This document shows positions 1-12,319 of a DNA stretch of 37,830 bases, piece by piece; position 1 is the first letter of the stretch, and every line of letters starts with the position of its first letter. Source of the DNA: Cirrosporium novae-zelandiae (taxonomy: Eukaryota); contig JAPETS010000009.1 of the NCBI GenBank assembly GCA_026023565.1, positions 806,001 to 843,830 on the forward strand, in the 5' to 3' direction. A model generated the notes under the pieces. The model was not told the DNA's origin and searched no databases. It saw nothing but the letters and a program-made list of their open reading frames with translations. A program made the position numbers and the translations under genes.

Positions 1-213
1 CGGCTTCTTTTCAAGGACCACACCCCCAAAAAGATAGCGAGGCTTTTATAGGGGGTACGTTTTTCATATTCTTTTTTTTTTTCTTTTTACATTTCTAGGA
101 CCATGGTATGATCAAGCATGATGATCTGCAAAAAACCAATTGGGAGTTTTTGTAATTTAGTTCTAGGTTGTACAGTATCTTATGAGCTTAAGATTGTAAT
201 ACTTTATGTTTAC

Positions 214-1562
214 GTTTTTCCTTTTCCTTTTCCTTTTCCTTTCCTTTTCGCTTTTCTTTTTCGTACCTAGATTATCCTGGAAAACTAACTAAATGAAGAA
301 AGGACCTTTTGAAAACAACTATTGTTAGATTTTAGAAAGGGAAGCCAAAAAAAAAAAAAAAAAGGACGTGGGCGTAGGATATCTAACTATCTAATTATCC
401 GCTAATTAATTACTTGAGCGGATACCTAATCCAATTCAAGTATTAGGGATGTGGGATATGGATATGGATGTATAACCTGGCTGGCTGTGCTGGCTGTTGC
501 TACGGCGTAATAGTTTTTTTTTTTTTTTTTTGTAGTAGTAGTAGTATCCAGATTTATCCTGGAGGACATTTATTTGAAAACACTATACTACGTAAGATTT
601 ACGGATTCAATTTCCTTTGCTATCCCATCCCCTCAAACCCATCCATCCCATCCCTATCCTCATCCTCTAGCCCCCAACCCCGCCACCATCAACTTATTAA
701 CTTGTTAGAAGAAATACTTCTTCTGATATGAGGGGACGGGGGGGGGGTTATACATACATATAGAATAGATAAGGGAATGAGGGAAAAGTAAAGTAAAATA
801 CCTTGAAGTAACTACTCAAAGAGCCTGGTCGCTGGGGCTGGTTAGGCTTTTTGGGAAATGCCTTGGGGGGTCTGGCAGGCGAGGGGAGGCTTGGGAGATA
901 GTGAAGGTGTGGGTAGTTCAAAGAAAGAAAGAGAGAGAGAGAGAGATGTGGATAATAGGGATATGAGGGGCATAGGGGGATATAGCATCATAGTTATAGT
1001 TGTGATCATAATGTGTATCCGACCTTAGAGCTAGTGTACATATATATAATATAATCAACACCAACACCAACACCAACACCAAAACAAAAACGAAAATCCC
1101 CCTTCTTATCTTCCTTTTTATAATTAACTAATATCTCCACTTCATTCATATCTCCAATCTCTCAATCTCTTTCTCTCGAAGGGGATACAAGTATAAGTAT
1201 AAGTACAAGTACCAAAACTACCCCACTCCCTCCCCACCACCATCCCTGTTCTGTCCTACCCAGGTCCTATCTAAAGTCGTAAGGGGAGGGGTAGAGTAAA
1301 AGTAGTAGTAGCAGGGGAAAAAAAAAGAAAAGGTGTTGATTGATGATATGGAAAAATAGAAAGAAGGAAGGATGGATGGATGGATGGATGGTAACGGGAT
1401 TGGAATCAGGACTGGAATTATTTAGGGTAGGTAGGTATGGGTATGGGTATAGGATGTTAGGGGTTGGGGTATGTGATAGTAGGATGGAGATGGAGACAGA
1501 GATGGAGGATAGGTTTATTAAGGGGAGGAAACTTCAAGGATAAAAGAGAGAGAGAGAGAGAC
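214..1562. repeat. Low-complexity intergenic tract dense in microsatellites and homopolymers
   Basis: (TTTTCC)n at about 216-249, A and T homopolymers, (GA)n at about 930-945 and 1544-1561, (CAACAC)n at about 1056-1080, (GGAT)n at about 1369-1391. No credible ORF. Confidence 0.8.
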
Positions 1563-2082
1563 TATTTAGTTGTTTAGTTAGTTTTTGGAATCGAATTTTT
1601 GTTTTGAGACTTTTTTATTTTTGAAGCCTCTCCCACCCACAGACAGCTAATATACTAGCTTTTTTGTTTTCTGTAATTGAAAAAATACACTTAGTAGTAG
1701 AACCCTGAGTGTTTATGTGCTATAATCCATCTCAGATTCAAACAACAAGCATATAAGCTCAATCAATCAAGATCAATTCTGTTCCATTTCATATTCCTCC
1801 CCCTCCCCGTCAACCCTCAAGGTAAGTAACAATCATCCATCCATCCCCCCCTTTTGAATTCCTGCACAACACACAACACCCTAAAATCCATTCCTCCATA
1901 TCACATCACCACCATCATCATCATAATCATAGGGTTATGTGTATCAAGTAAACGAGGGTTTTGTTTCATCCAGTCAACAAAAAAGTAAAGTTGGACGGGT
2001 AGAAAGATAAGATAAAGAGAGAGAAGGTGGAGGGGCATAGAGAGATGAAGGAAGAGGTTGAAACGTTTGTCTATAGGACTAA

Positions 2083-2809
2083 CTACTGCTCGGTTTGGAA
2101 GTAGTTGAGGAGGATGGAACGTTCTTGTGATTCCTCACCCCAGTCTCGGACGACGACGCAGGAGCAGTTTACGACTTTTCGGGCGTTGCCTTCACGGTCG
2201 ATTTGGCCTGTAGTAGAGAAACCATCAAGTGTTAGTTATTTCATCGGTCACATGAGAGAAGAAAAAAGACAACAACATCCCCTCCCCCAGAAAAAAAAAC
2301 AACAAAAAAAGGATAAGGAAAGAATCCGCATACACAATCCAGCCCACTCCCCCAGCTGCTTGCCATCCGGCACCTTGATCAAAGGAATCTTATGCTCAGA
2401 GCACAACGCCACAACCAACTTTTTGTACGCTTCCTCCTCGCAGTTCTCATTGAGTACGCACATGTGAGCCTGGCGACGATCGAGAGCCTTGGATGCTTCA
2501 CGGAGACCGCGGGCAAGACCATCGTGGATGAGCGCAAGCTTCAGCACTCCCTTGAGCGCATCCAGGACGGACATTTGGCCTTTGCCGGCTCCCGCATCGG
2601 CGGGGACCTCGACCTCTTCGGCGGGGGCGACGGGGCTGGTGGGCTCTTCTCCGTCCGACTATCAAAAGTAAATTAGTATATGCATCCATTGATGGGTTTT
2701 TTCGCGCTGAGGGGTTGATGGTGGTGGGTGGGCAATTTCTGATGGTTGCGAACAACAACGAAATCACGCCCAATCTTCAGATCAGCAATATAACAGATGA
2801 ACTTACCAT
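2083..2809 (-). CDS. RPS12: 40S ribosomal protein S12 (eS12)
   Basis: Exons 2809-2807 (ATG only), 2658-2334 and 2207-2083. Introns are GTAAGT..TAG and GTATGC..CAG with CTAAT/CTAAC branch sites. Spliced protein reads [10 protein letters not shown]...[23 protein letters not shown]...[33 protein letters not shown], the eS12 signature. Confidence 0.97.
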
Positions 2810-2983
2810 CTTGGCAGTATTTCTCTAAAAATGGCTTGGAATGTCGGCTATCCTCAAAGAGTTGATGGTTGGTAGAATTTAGAAAGGAGTTTTGGCTGTA
2901 GTTGAATCCAAGAATTGGTGTAATAGAAGTTCTCGCTAAAATGAATTTTGCGCTCGGGTAGAATTGTGTGGATTGTCCCGCAC

Positions 2984-2992
2984 TTAGGGTTA
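2984..2992. promoter_or_regulatory. TTAGGGTTA telobox / Tbf1-like site upstream of RPS12
   Basis: TTAGGGTTA lies 175 bp upstream of the RPS12 ATG. Tbf1 binding to TTAGGG elements at ribosomal protein promoters is established in Candida albicans; function here is inferred. Confidence 0.4.
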
Positions 2993-3494
2993 CCTATCAC
3001 CCATATGGACATCTTTACATAGGGATGCTTGGATGGTTATTCTTTCAGTTGTAATTAGACTGGATATTTGCTAGGAATATTATTACATATTAGGAATCCT
3101 TTGATTTTCAGTTGCTCGTATTTTAATGTTCTCAATGTTGGTTCATTATCATTGCGCTAGATGTGGATTGACCTTCATCATGGCCTCGAAGAGAACCTGA
3201 TCCATTGCATGATAGCAAAATAATTTGCTACCACTAACAGAAATATTTACAGCAATGGAATGTAGGCAGCTAGGTACTAGCTATGGTACAGCATGACTGC
3301 TGGGCGGGCACCCCAAAGCAACATAAAAAGCCCGATTTCCAATAATACTCGTTCATGCTTCCAAAACAATGAAGCAGTTCCCTGGACTATTTCCCCCACG
3401 TTCGTAATAACACCCGAAGTAATAGAAACGAAATTAAGGACAACGAAAGAACGCCAAGTCCGTCTTGAATTGGCGCCCAGGGGCCCCCCAACCT

Positions 3495-6400
3495 TTAGTA
3501 ACCCGTTGCTTCAGAAACCCCGTTGGTCAAGATGCCATTCCCATTAGTCAAATGCTCTGTAGAGCTATTTGGAAGATGTTCTGTTTGAGGTGGTTTTGTT
3601 TCTGGATTAGGAAGATAGAAAGGCTTCGTACGGATACGAATACAAGGAGACATGAGGTGTGGGTAGCGTGAGATTATATCTTCGAAATCTGAGAGTCGGA
3701 TCCAGAAAACATGTTCCAGTTTGTTGAACTTGTCAGGCGTTTCGAAATTACTAATTTTCCAACGTTCCTGGTCATCAGCTAGAGTAGAAGGGTCTCGAGG
3801 AATTCCTGTCTCTGCAAGCATTCGCCGAGTGACACTAAAGATTCGTTTGCGGTGATGGTCGTTAATTGGTCTTTTCTCCCAGGCAGTATCTATTTGGGAT
3901 TAGCATAATCGTAAAACCAAAGATAAACATAACTTACATTGTGATAGAGTCAGGTCCTTGAGACCTAGGACCGGACAGACCTGGAAATTTGCGATCCATA
4001 TCTCGTTTGCAACATCTTCTGCACAATTCGGTTGGATGTCTTTGGTGACCACATGGTAGAATGGAAGCCATCTATTGACCCACTCAGGTTGATGAGCTTC
4101 TTCTGAACTCATCTCAGCATTCCGCCGTAGACCATTTGGCAATGCTGCAATTTGCCGTCTTCGTTCCTCTTCCTGACGTTTCAGAAGAATCCGGCGCCTC
4201 TCGATCGCCTCTTGTTCAGCCCTTCGCTTCTCCAGCTCTTCTCTACGAAGGCGCTCTTGTTCTACCCGACGTCGTTGCATTTCTTCTTCCTTTCTTCTTT
4301 TCTCCATTCGTGCCTGTTCCTCTTCCCGGGCTATTCGTGCCTTCTCCTCTTCTTCGCGGGCAATACGTGCTAAACGTTCTGCTTCTTCGGCTTTGCGTTG
4401 AATTTCTTGACGTGCTTCTTCTTCTTCCCGTGCTTGGCGAGCCAAAGCCTCGGCCTTTTCTCGTTCCTCGCGCTCGAGCCTTTCTTGCTCATATTTAGCT
4501 TTAGCTTTCTCTTCCGCTTCGCGCTGCGCTTGTTCTCTAGCCACATTTTCGATTCTCTCTTGTTCTGCCTTTGCTTTCGCTTCCTTGCGCAAACGTTCCT
4601 CGACTGCATCCTTTTGGATCGGCTTCGAGAGTCTATCGGTACGATCATGTTTCTCAGACACATCCCTCGCCTCTTTCTTTATTTCGGAGACAGTCGATTC
4701 TTTTCGCTTGGTTCCGTTTGGAGGTACCTTGCGGACAGTTGTAGCCTTGCCTGGTTCGGAATCTATTCCTTCATCAGATTGTAGTCTTCGACGTTTGACA
4801 CTTGCACTATCCGATAAGGAATGTTTCCCAGTTGAAGAATCTGATCCTGAACTTCTGGGACGCTTGACAGCAAGATCGGTCTTGGGTTTCCCGCCTGTTC
4901 GCATCACGCGTACTTGTTTCTTTGGTCTAGGTTCAACAGAGTCACTTTTGGGGGTTTCGCGGCCCAGTCGAGGTTTGGCTTCCACCGATGGAGAGCTTGC
5001 CTTTGGCACATTGGCTAACCGTTTTCGTTCTTGTTCATCTTTCAGGTCCTTCCCCGATATTAACCTTCTACGTCGAGTGTGTTCTCCTTCCGAGTAAATG
5101 TGGCTATCTACTTGTCGTACTTTTAGTGATGGTCGCGAGGCATCCATATCGGAAGAGGCACCAGAAACCGGCTCCGAGCCTTCTCTCGTTGTCTTCGGAA
5201 CTTTGAGGTTGTCAGTAGGTCGTTTAGCCTTCGAAACAGTAATGGTATCGTGTGCGGATACGTGTTGATCTGCTGTTCTTTTACGAGTTTTGGCTCCAGG
5301 TGAAGTTGAACCACGTCGAACTTCATTTTCTACAGCGTGCTTGTCCTTTTCTTTTGATCGCTGTTTTCTCGGCGACTGTAATTCGCTCTTGCTCCCTTTC
5401 CCATGTTCTCTAGCAAACTTATCATACGCCTTCTTAAGCATATCATACTCCCTCTCCCAATTAATCCCTTGTCGGTCTTTTGCAATATCATAATATGTCA
5501 TGCCTCGATCATCCAAACGTGTGGGGTCGAAGTTAGGTTGTGAGAGGAGAAGTTCGATCACCTTTTCGCATCTTTCCCGACCTATTGCGGCAAGCATCGG
5601 TGTGTTGTAACCAGGTTTATAGGCAGGTGATGGTTCTGGGTCAGGGTTTCCATTTCCTATTGCAAGAAGTAACTGTATTATATCATCATAACCTCCTTTG
5701 GCGGCTGCAATAAAGGACTCTGTGTCAGCCTTTTCCAACACATTGATGACGCTACTAACACCTTGCAGGTCACCTTTGCCGCAAAAAAGTCTCAAGTTCT
5801 CCGGCGTGGGCTTCGTCCAAAGAAGATAGTTTGGTGTTGCTTCACTCCTTCCAGTTCTCCTGCGAAGAGTGAAACCTGTAGGTGGAGGACTCATAGTCGG
5901 CACAGGAGCTGGAGAGTCCCGAGGACTTACCGCCGAACCAGCACGTGAGGATGAGTTATGAATACTTCGATCTTCCGATTCTCTACGATTTGCAAGTTTG
6001 GCTTTTGCCGCTGCTATGGCTTCTCGTATGGCATGGGCATCTTGAATGACATCAGAAGGATCATCCTCTTTATACTTGACAAGATCCAGAGGTTCCTCTC
6101 CTTTCGCGTTGCCTTGAAAAGGGTTTGCCCCATGTTCAAGCAAGAGGCGAACAACCTCAAGGTGGCCATTTTCCACGGCATCGATTAGCGGGGTGTCATT
6201 TTCGATATTTCTAGTATCAATTTCACATCCTGCTTTCAGCAGAAGCTCAACAATCTCAGTGCAGCCCTCAAGGGAGGCGATTTGAAGAGGTGTGTTGGAT
6301 GCATTGTCAGGCACGTTAAGATCTTCAGGATGTTCAGCAAGGCGAGCCCGAGCACCTTCTAGGTCTGGAAGGGCACAGGCACGAGCCAATAAAGTCCTAC

Positions 6401-7388
6401 CATTTTGATCGCGATGTTTTTTGTGAGGCATTTTGGCGGGTGAGATGGAAAGATGGTCATCAGGCATAGGTCTGCGAAGATTTGGGTAAGGTTGCGGTGA
6501 TCCACTTGTTGAAGAAGAATCTGATGTTTTATCCAAGGTTCCTCGTCTGGTGATAGTTGGGAGATGTGATGGAACTCTTCGCTTTCTGGTTGTTGATGGT
6601 TGAGCTGGACCAATTTGAGTGGACTGTGTTCGTCGGTGGACCCTACGAGTGGGTGATGCCGATCGTTCTTCTGAAAGTCGCCTCGCTGATAAATGAGTTG
6701 CGCTTCTAGTATCACGGCGCTGTTTTCTTCTGTCGGTGTCAGGGCTTATTCTTCGACGTGCTCGACGGTTGGCAGCATCCTCCTCGACATTATCACCGTT
6801 GTGTTTGCGCTTATACAGACGATCACCATTTCCTTTCGAGGTAGCATAATCAGGAGATGGGGAGCCCGATAATGAACGAGGTTGACCTGAAGGAGACCTC
6901 TCATTACGCAAAAGACGTGTTTGGGTTGGTTCGGGTGTTGAGAGAGCAGAATTCGGTCTATTCAAAGAGCGTACTCCACGAGGTATTCCTTCAGTAATTC
7001 CATTGTTGACTTTTCGGCGCTTTCGAGACTGGTCACTCCTTGAAGGGGAATCCATTTCCATAATATTTCTCAAGTTTTGTCCTTGGTTGGATCCAGTTTC
7101 ATCTTCATCCTTAATTGCCTTACCCGTTTTAGTTATCGACAATTCTTTTTTACTAGGCGAGACGATAGTTTCTGCCTCTGAATCGCTTTTAACACTTTCC
7201 TCTGCTCCATTACGATCACCAAATGCATTGTTTGATTTCCTACCGTTACCAGCTGCTTGCACTGGCGGTGAAGGACTTATCCTCGGGCGTACAGAATCGT
7301 CAGCAACCAAGCTGGAGATGGATTTGGCGGTCGGTGAACCCAGGCGAGTGACAGGAGGTTTGGATGCGATTATATCGGCATCGTTCAT
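3495..7388 (-). CDS. Ankyrin-repeat protein, Hos4-like (probable Set3 histone deacetylase complex subunit)
   Basis: Exons 7388-3938 and 3889-3495, intron GTAAGT..GCTAAT..TAG, junction LSQ-YTAWEKR. Ankyrin repeats (NGRTLLARAC, NTPLQIASLEG, NDTPLIDAVENGHLEVVRLLLEHGA, NTPMLAAIGR), a long E/R/K coiled coil and disordered Ser/Arg-rich regions. 7388 is the first in-frame ATG, but the frame stays open upstream to about 7559, so the start is uncertain. Confidence 0.85.
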
Positions 7389-8147
7389 AACGATTGAGGA
7401 TGTCTTTTCAATGGGCGGAACTTCATCTTGGGCCGTACTGGCGTTGGAGTCAGGAAACGAGTGAGACAAGGACCTCGAAAGGATCGAATCCTTGTCACCG
7501 GCAGGAAGGAAAGCGAAATGGAGTGTCAAAGCCGTAACGGTGAGAATATAAAAAAGATATTATGGTTTTTTTGAAGCTATCTAATATATGGATGGGTGTA
7601 TGGTAGGAAGAGTTTGTAGTGTATTTGTGATCAGATAGCGTGTGTTAATGGGGGAGGATAATGAATTGGATTTGGAGGAACCAGTGGATGGAAGAGCGAT
7701 TTGGCGATTTGACGGTTGTCGGTCGCAAAAGAAGATCGCCGCAGCAGAGCGAGCAGGGAAGAGAAGTGCAATTGCCTTGAAGGTCTTGTGTGGCTTCATT
7801 GTTATGATTGGCGTAACAACATTTTTACTCCTTGGCAATTACAAGGCTGAATGGCTAGACTATAGTTTACCTATCATCTGTGAATCTTTTGATCCCATCT
7901 CCTTTTCTTTTCATTTTACTTGATACATTACTGTGATAGCATCATGTATTAACTGCATCACACACCGTCACCTGTCCATTTTGCCTTTTTAACTTCTCCT
8001 TGGCCTTCCACAGTTACCACGTAACCCACGCTATCCAACTACCCACCCCCCTCCCCCCGACCAGCCTAACCTTTCTCCCTTTTATCCCTTTCCTTTCCCT
8101 TCCTTCCTGTCCGTCTTCTCCAGGCACCATCAAATCATCATGCTTAG

Positions 8148-9243
8148 ATGACCATCATCAGCAACCTGATCACCCACTCGTTCGCTGTTGAGATGTCCAC
8201 CATGGATCCTATTTATCTGCTGAGAGGCTTCTTCCTCTTTGCATCCTCTACCGTACGGGCTTTTGGAAATAATACATGACATAATATCCACCATGCATTG
8301 ACACTGTCCATACACAGATATTTCTGGTCAATGCGATACCAGCATTCCGTTTTCGATTCCTAGCCTATGGTGCCAGAGCAGCGCCCGTTGAAGAAAATGA
8401 TCAAAAGGAGCCTGAAAACAATGAGGATAGGAGAAATGTCATTGAGCGCTTGTTGGATTACGCGGCATCTCTACGCGTTCCTCACAGCTATTTCTTACAT
8501 TACTACATAATATCCGTGTCTTCGAGCATATTCTGGGGGTACCAAATCTTTACACATGGACCGGTCCTAGAATTCATTATTTCTCGGATACCCCGGGATT
8601 CCCCTTCAATGACAATTCAGCAGGTATTATTGGCATGGACATTAATGGCAATTCAAGGATCGCGTCGGTTGATAGAAAGTTATACCCTCGTCAAGCCCTC
8701 TAAATCTACAATGTGGTGTGTCCATTGGTGGCTTGGATGGGCGTTCTACCTAGGTATGGGCATGTCTGTTTGGATTGAAGGAGCTTGTATGCATTAAGCC
8801 CCCCAGCCTTCTTAATTTTGAAAACAGTCCTCACGTCTTCTTCAGCTACTTTGAGATTCTCGAACGTATCTCTCGGTGATTGGCAATTTTCTCCACCTTC
8901 ACTTCGGTCCATAGTCGGAGTTCCGCTTTTCCTCATAGCCTCGGGTATCCAGCATGACTGCCACGTTTATCTTGCTTCCCTGGTCAAATACACTTTGCCC
9001 GTCCATCCGGCATTTCAACGTATCATCTGTCCACATTACTTTGCAGAATGTCTAATCTACCTTGCGCTTTCCATCATCGCAGCGCCTCGAGGAGAAGTAA
9101 TCAACAAAACAGTCTTTTCAGGCCTTATCTTTGTCGTAACAAATCTTGGAATGACTGCTGGTATGAGCAAAGAGTGGTATATCAAAAAGTTTGGTGAGGA
9201 AAAGGTGAAGGATAGATGGAACATGATACCCTTCATCTACTGA
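8148..9243 (+). CDS. DFG10: Polyprenol reductase / 3-oxo-5-alpha-steroid 4-dehydrogenase family (Dfg10/SRD5A3-like)
   Basis: Exons 8148-8252, 8318-8786 and 8846-9243 (alternative in-frame ATGs at 8193 and 8202). Introns GTACGG..CAG and GTATGC..CAG. Motifs FLAYGAR, VPHSYFLHYY, QGSRRLIES, QHDCHVYLASL, CPHYFAECLIY and RWNMIPFIY; multi-pass membrane protein. Confidence 0.9.
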
Positions 9244-9641
9244 TTGTCAGGTACAAGTAGCCGATTGATGACTGGATGTAACATGGTGATGCAGAAAGAT
9301 TATCCCTCCAGAAGATCTTTTGATGAGACGCAGCTTGAAGTCTTGGAATTGAGGGCAACAAATCTTAAAATTTAACAGAAAAGCGAAACTGGTTGCCTTG
9401 TGGTAATGAAAACTACTTGCCAGCTCCGAGTAGTTCTTCGGTCGAGTTGGTCGAACAGTGGAACCAAAAGTGACGGTACAGTATATATACACAGTACAAA
9501 TTTCAAAATACAACAAAATTCACCAATACCTACCATGGAGAGGATCGAGGAAAATTGTGTTGTAATTTAAAATTATTTTTTTAATGAAACCCAATTTTTG
9601 CTCTTGAAATTTTGGAGAGGTCCCAAGTAAAATAGCGACTC

Positions 9642-9711
9642 ATGGAGCCTCGTATGGAGCTTTGTATGAAGCCTCGTAAAAAGCCTCATGGAGCCTTATA
9701 CGGAGCCTCGT
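9642..9711. repeat. 12-bp minisatellite, about 6 degenerate copies of ATGGAGCCTCGT
   Basis: Units read directly: ATGGAGCCTCGT, ATGGAGCTTTGT, ATGAAGCCTCGT, AAAAAGCCTC, ATGGAGCCTTAT, ACGGAGCCTCGT. Confidence 0.85.
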
Positions 9712-9909
9712 ATAAAGAACACATCTACCATCAATTTTTGGTTCCATCCTTGGCATTGGCCTAGTAGATTAGACAGGCCAGGAAATGAGCAAACGAATGA
9801 AAGAGTAAAAAATAAAAAACCACTCACCAATATCATCACTTCCACTCCAACATTGCGGCAACCAGAAGAACCTAACTCCTGGGCAGATCTATTCGAGGAA
9901 TTATAACTC

Positions 9910-10841
9910 TCACCTCCTCCCCAGAATCCCCTTCAATCCCTTCCCCATATTCTTCACCCTCAACACATCCCTGTACGTCAAACTAATTCTCGTCTCCCTC
10001 TCTTTCCTCCCCTCACATTGTTTCCACATATCCATTTCCCCCAGTATATCCCAATTGGTAATACCTTCTTCTCCCATCCCAGCTTGTAACCGCTCATCCA
10101 GCTCCACCTCCGCAATTCCATGCAAGAAATCTGTATACATGACCCCCCTCGTAACCAACAAACTTCTCCTCTCCTGCAATATCCTAGCCCTCAGCTCCCC
10201 CCTCTCCCCATCAGCACCCTTCGCATACACGTCTAACACGATATGGGCCCCCAAACTTACTGTCGCTACCGTAGGCCAGTAAGCCGCACCATCTTCATGT
10301 GGCATGATGCCCTGACCGGGGGTGTACTCGTTTATGAGGACGTGGTTGGGTGCTGCACAATGGGGGGAGGAAGCAAAGACCTGAAGACGAGAAAATCGCG
10401 GGATGATGGGGGTTGTGAGGAAGGGGGGGAGTGGTTCGTTGAGGAGGGTATTGGTGCGGGGGGAGAGCGGAGAAGGATGAGTTTGGAGACGACGATGAGT
10501 GAGATTTGTCCATCGCGGGGTAGGTTGCGTGAGGACCTGTGTGCAAGGCAAAGTGGTTTTGATCCGACTTGTTAGCTATAGTCTATATAAGACGTTCCAA
10601 GACAATAATAAGAGAAAAGAGAAGAAAACGTTAAGAGAGGAGGAAAGCAAAAGGGGTGTAAGATAATAATTATCTCGTTCTAACCAACCTCTTTCACCAG
10701 CGTATCCTCCTCTGCTTTAGTAATAAAATTGGGAATATAGTACATTCCCTCAGGAAGTCCAGGTATTTGTGCATCATCCAATCTCGAAGGTAAAAAAGAA
10801 TGCGTATCCTCCTTTTCTCCTACAGTTTCCCTATCCATCAT
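9910..10841 (-). CDS. AlkB-family 2-oxoglutarate/Fe(II) dioxygenase, ALKBH6-like
   Basis: Exons 10841-10689 and 10536-9910, intron GTTGGT..GCTAAC..CAG. Motifs YYIPNFITKAEE, W..LTHRRLQ, PNHVLINEYTPGQGIMPHEDG (HxD), FLHGI (distal His) and RISLTYR. Confidence 0.92.
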
Positions 10842-11596
10842 CCTCTAGATAGAGAGAGTATATTCCCAAACAAGGTTGCAGGCCTCTCTATTAGATTAAG
10901 ACCTATAGATAACCCGAATCCGTAATTTAGGCAGGCAGGGCGGGCTGAAGAGCAAGCGTATTTATTTGTTAACTGGAGTTGTCCATTCCGGTTATTGATT
11001 CCTTCGTTCATTCATTAGTACTATTATAGTAGGGTAGAGGATTGAAAGATCTGCGCGCGCGGGCCGGCGTGGAAACCAAAAAAAACCATTCAATCAACAA
11101 TCAACAAATCACCCCGCCCCCACCAGTACATACATAACATACATACATACATACATAACAGTACATCATCACCAGAGAGATATGCACGCACCACCACCTC
11201 TCACGCCCGCAAAACCCTATGATATCAGCGACTCTTTCCAACAGACAGACAACCAGTTCCAGCTCTCTTGGTGTTAATTAACCTGCCCCTCCCCCCCTCT
11301 ACCTCCAATTCGGATAATTTTCCAGGTTTCCCCCACCACCCCTCCATCCATTCTCTCTCTCCTATCCTATCCCATCGATCGATCGATCGTACGATCTGCG
11401 TACCCATTTCCTGATTCCAACATAGAGAGAGGTACTGTGACTAACGTATGGTGGTAGCAAGCGCCCTTTCACTCTTACATTATCGATCAGCTTTCCCCTT
11501 CCTCTCTTCCTTGTAGTCCATCCATCATCATCATCATCATCATCCTCTCCCTCTTGTCTTCCTCTCTCTCCCTCTCTCTCCCTCTCTCTCTCGGTC

Positions 11597-12319
11597 ATGG
11601 CCCCCAAAAACAAAGGCAAAGGAGGTGGTAAAAACAACAAGAGCGACTCCAGCAGCAAAGACGAGAGCTCTTCTTCGTCTTCAGGCTTGAAGCCTGCAAA
11701 TTCAATTAATGTTCGACATATACTGGTATGCTAAAGTCCCTCACATGTCTCTAAATGTTCCCCCAATGTTTCATACTAGCTCTACGTTTTTATATCGATC
11801 GAAGTCTCTCCCTCCCCATTCATCCATCCATCTTTCTGAATGCAAAAAAAGAAGTCCAAAGTGCCCCCAAGACCCCCCTACAATCAAATAATGAAAAGAT
11901 TAAACTAACTCACACACCATCCATCCGTTCGTTCAATCAGTGCGAAAAACACTCCAAAAAAGAAGAGGCCCTCTCTAAACTCAAGGATGGTACTAAATTC
12001 GACGAGGTAGCTAAGGAATATAGTGAAGATAAAGCACGTCAGGGTGTGCTATCCCCCTCCCCGTCCCCCTCCTCACCACCTCTTCATTCATTCTTTCTCC
12101 CATATCTCCCCCCTCTCCAACGTTCCTATTCCACTAATTAAATTACCTTTGTATAATAATATAGGCGGTTCCCTAGGTTGGAAAACTCGAGGTTCTCTCG
12201 TCAGTCCTTTCGAGAAAGCAGCATTCGAACTTCCTGTCAGCACAACATCAAATCCCAAGTACGTGGAGGTGAAGACGGAGTTTGGTTACCATATCATTAT
12301 GGTTGAGGGGAGGAAATAA
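11597..12319 (+). CDS. PIN4: Parvulin-type peptidyl-prolyl cis-trans isomerase (Par14/Pin4)
   Basis: Exons 11597-11725, 11941-12043 and 12165-12319. Spliced protein [10 protein letters not shown]...[19 protein letters not shown]...[20 protein letters not shown]...[16 protein letters not shown], the Par14 signature. Confidence 0.96.

Noticed and set aside
2984..2992. TAACCCTAA on the minus strand equals the telomerase RNA template of filamentous ascomycetes
   Set aside because: A telomerase RNA here would run straight through the RPS12 gene; a promoter motif is the simpler reading.
3190..3240. GAACCTGATC resembling part of a TPP riboswitch
   Set aside because: No upstream GCTGAGA, no downstream TAAT..AGCG.AGGGA elements and no thiamine-related gene nearby.
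4136..7464. Several plus-strand ORFs of 60-170 aa
   Set aside because: Antisense shadows of the repetitive Hos4-like coding sequence.
9244..9376. About 44-codon open extension after the DFG10 TGA
   Set aside because: The context is TGA-TTG rather than the TGA-CTA readthrough motif, and the extension does not end in a PTS1.
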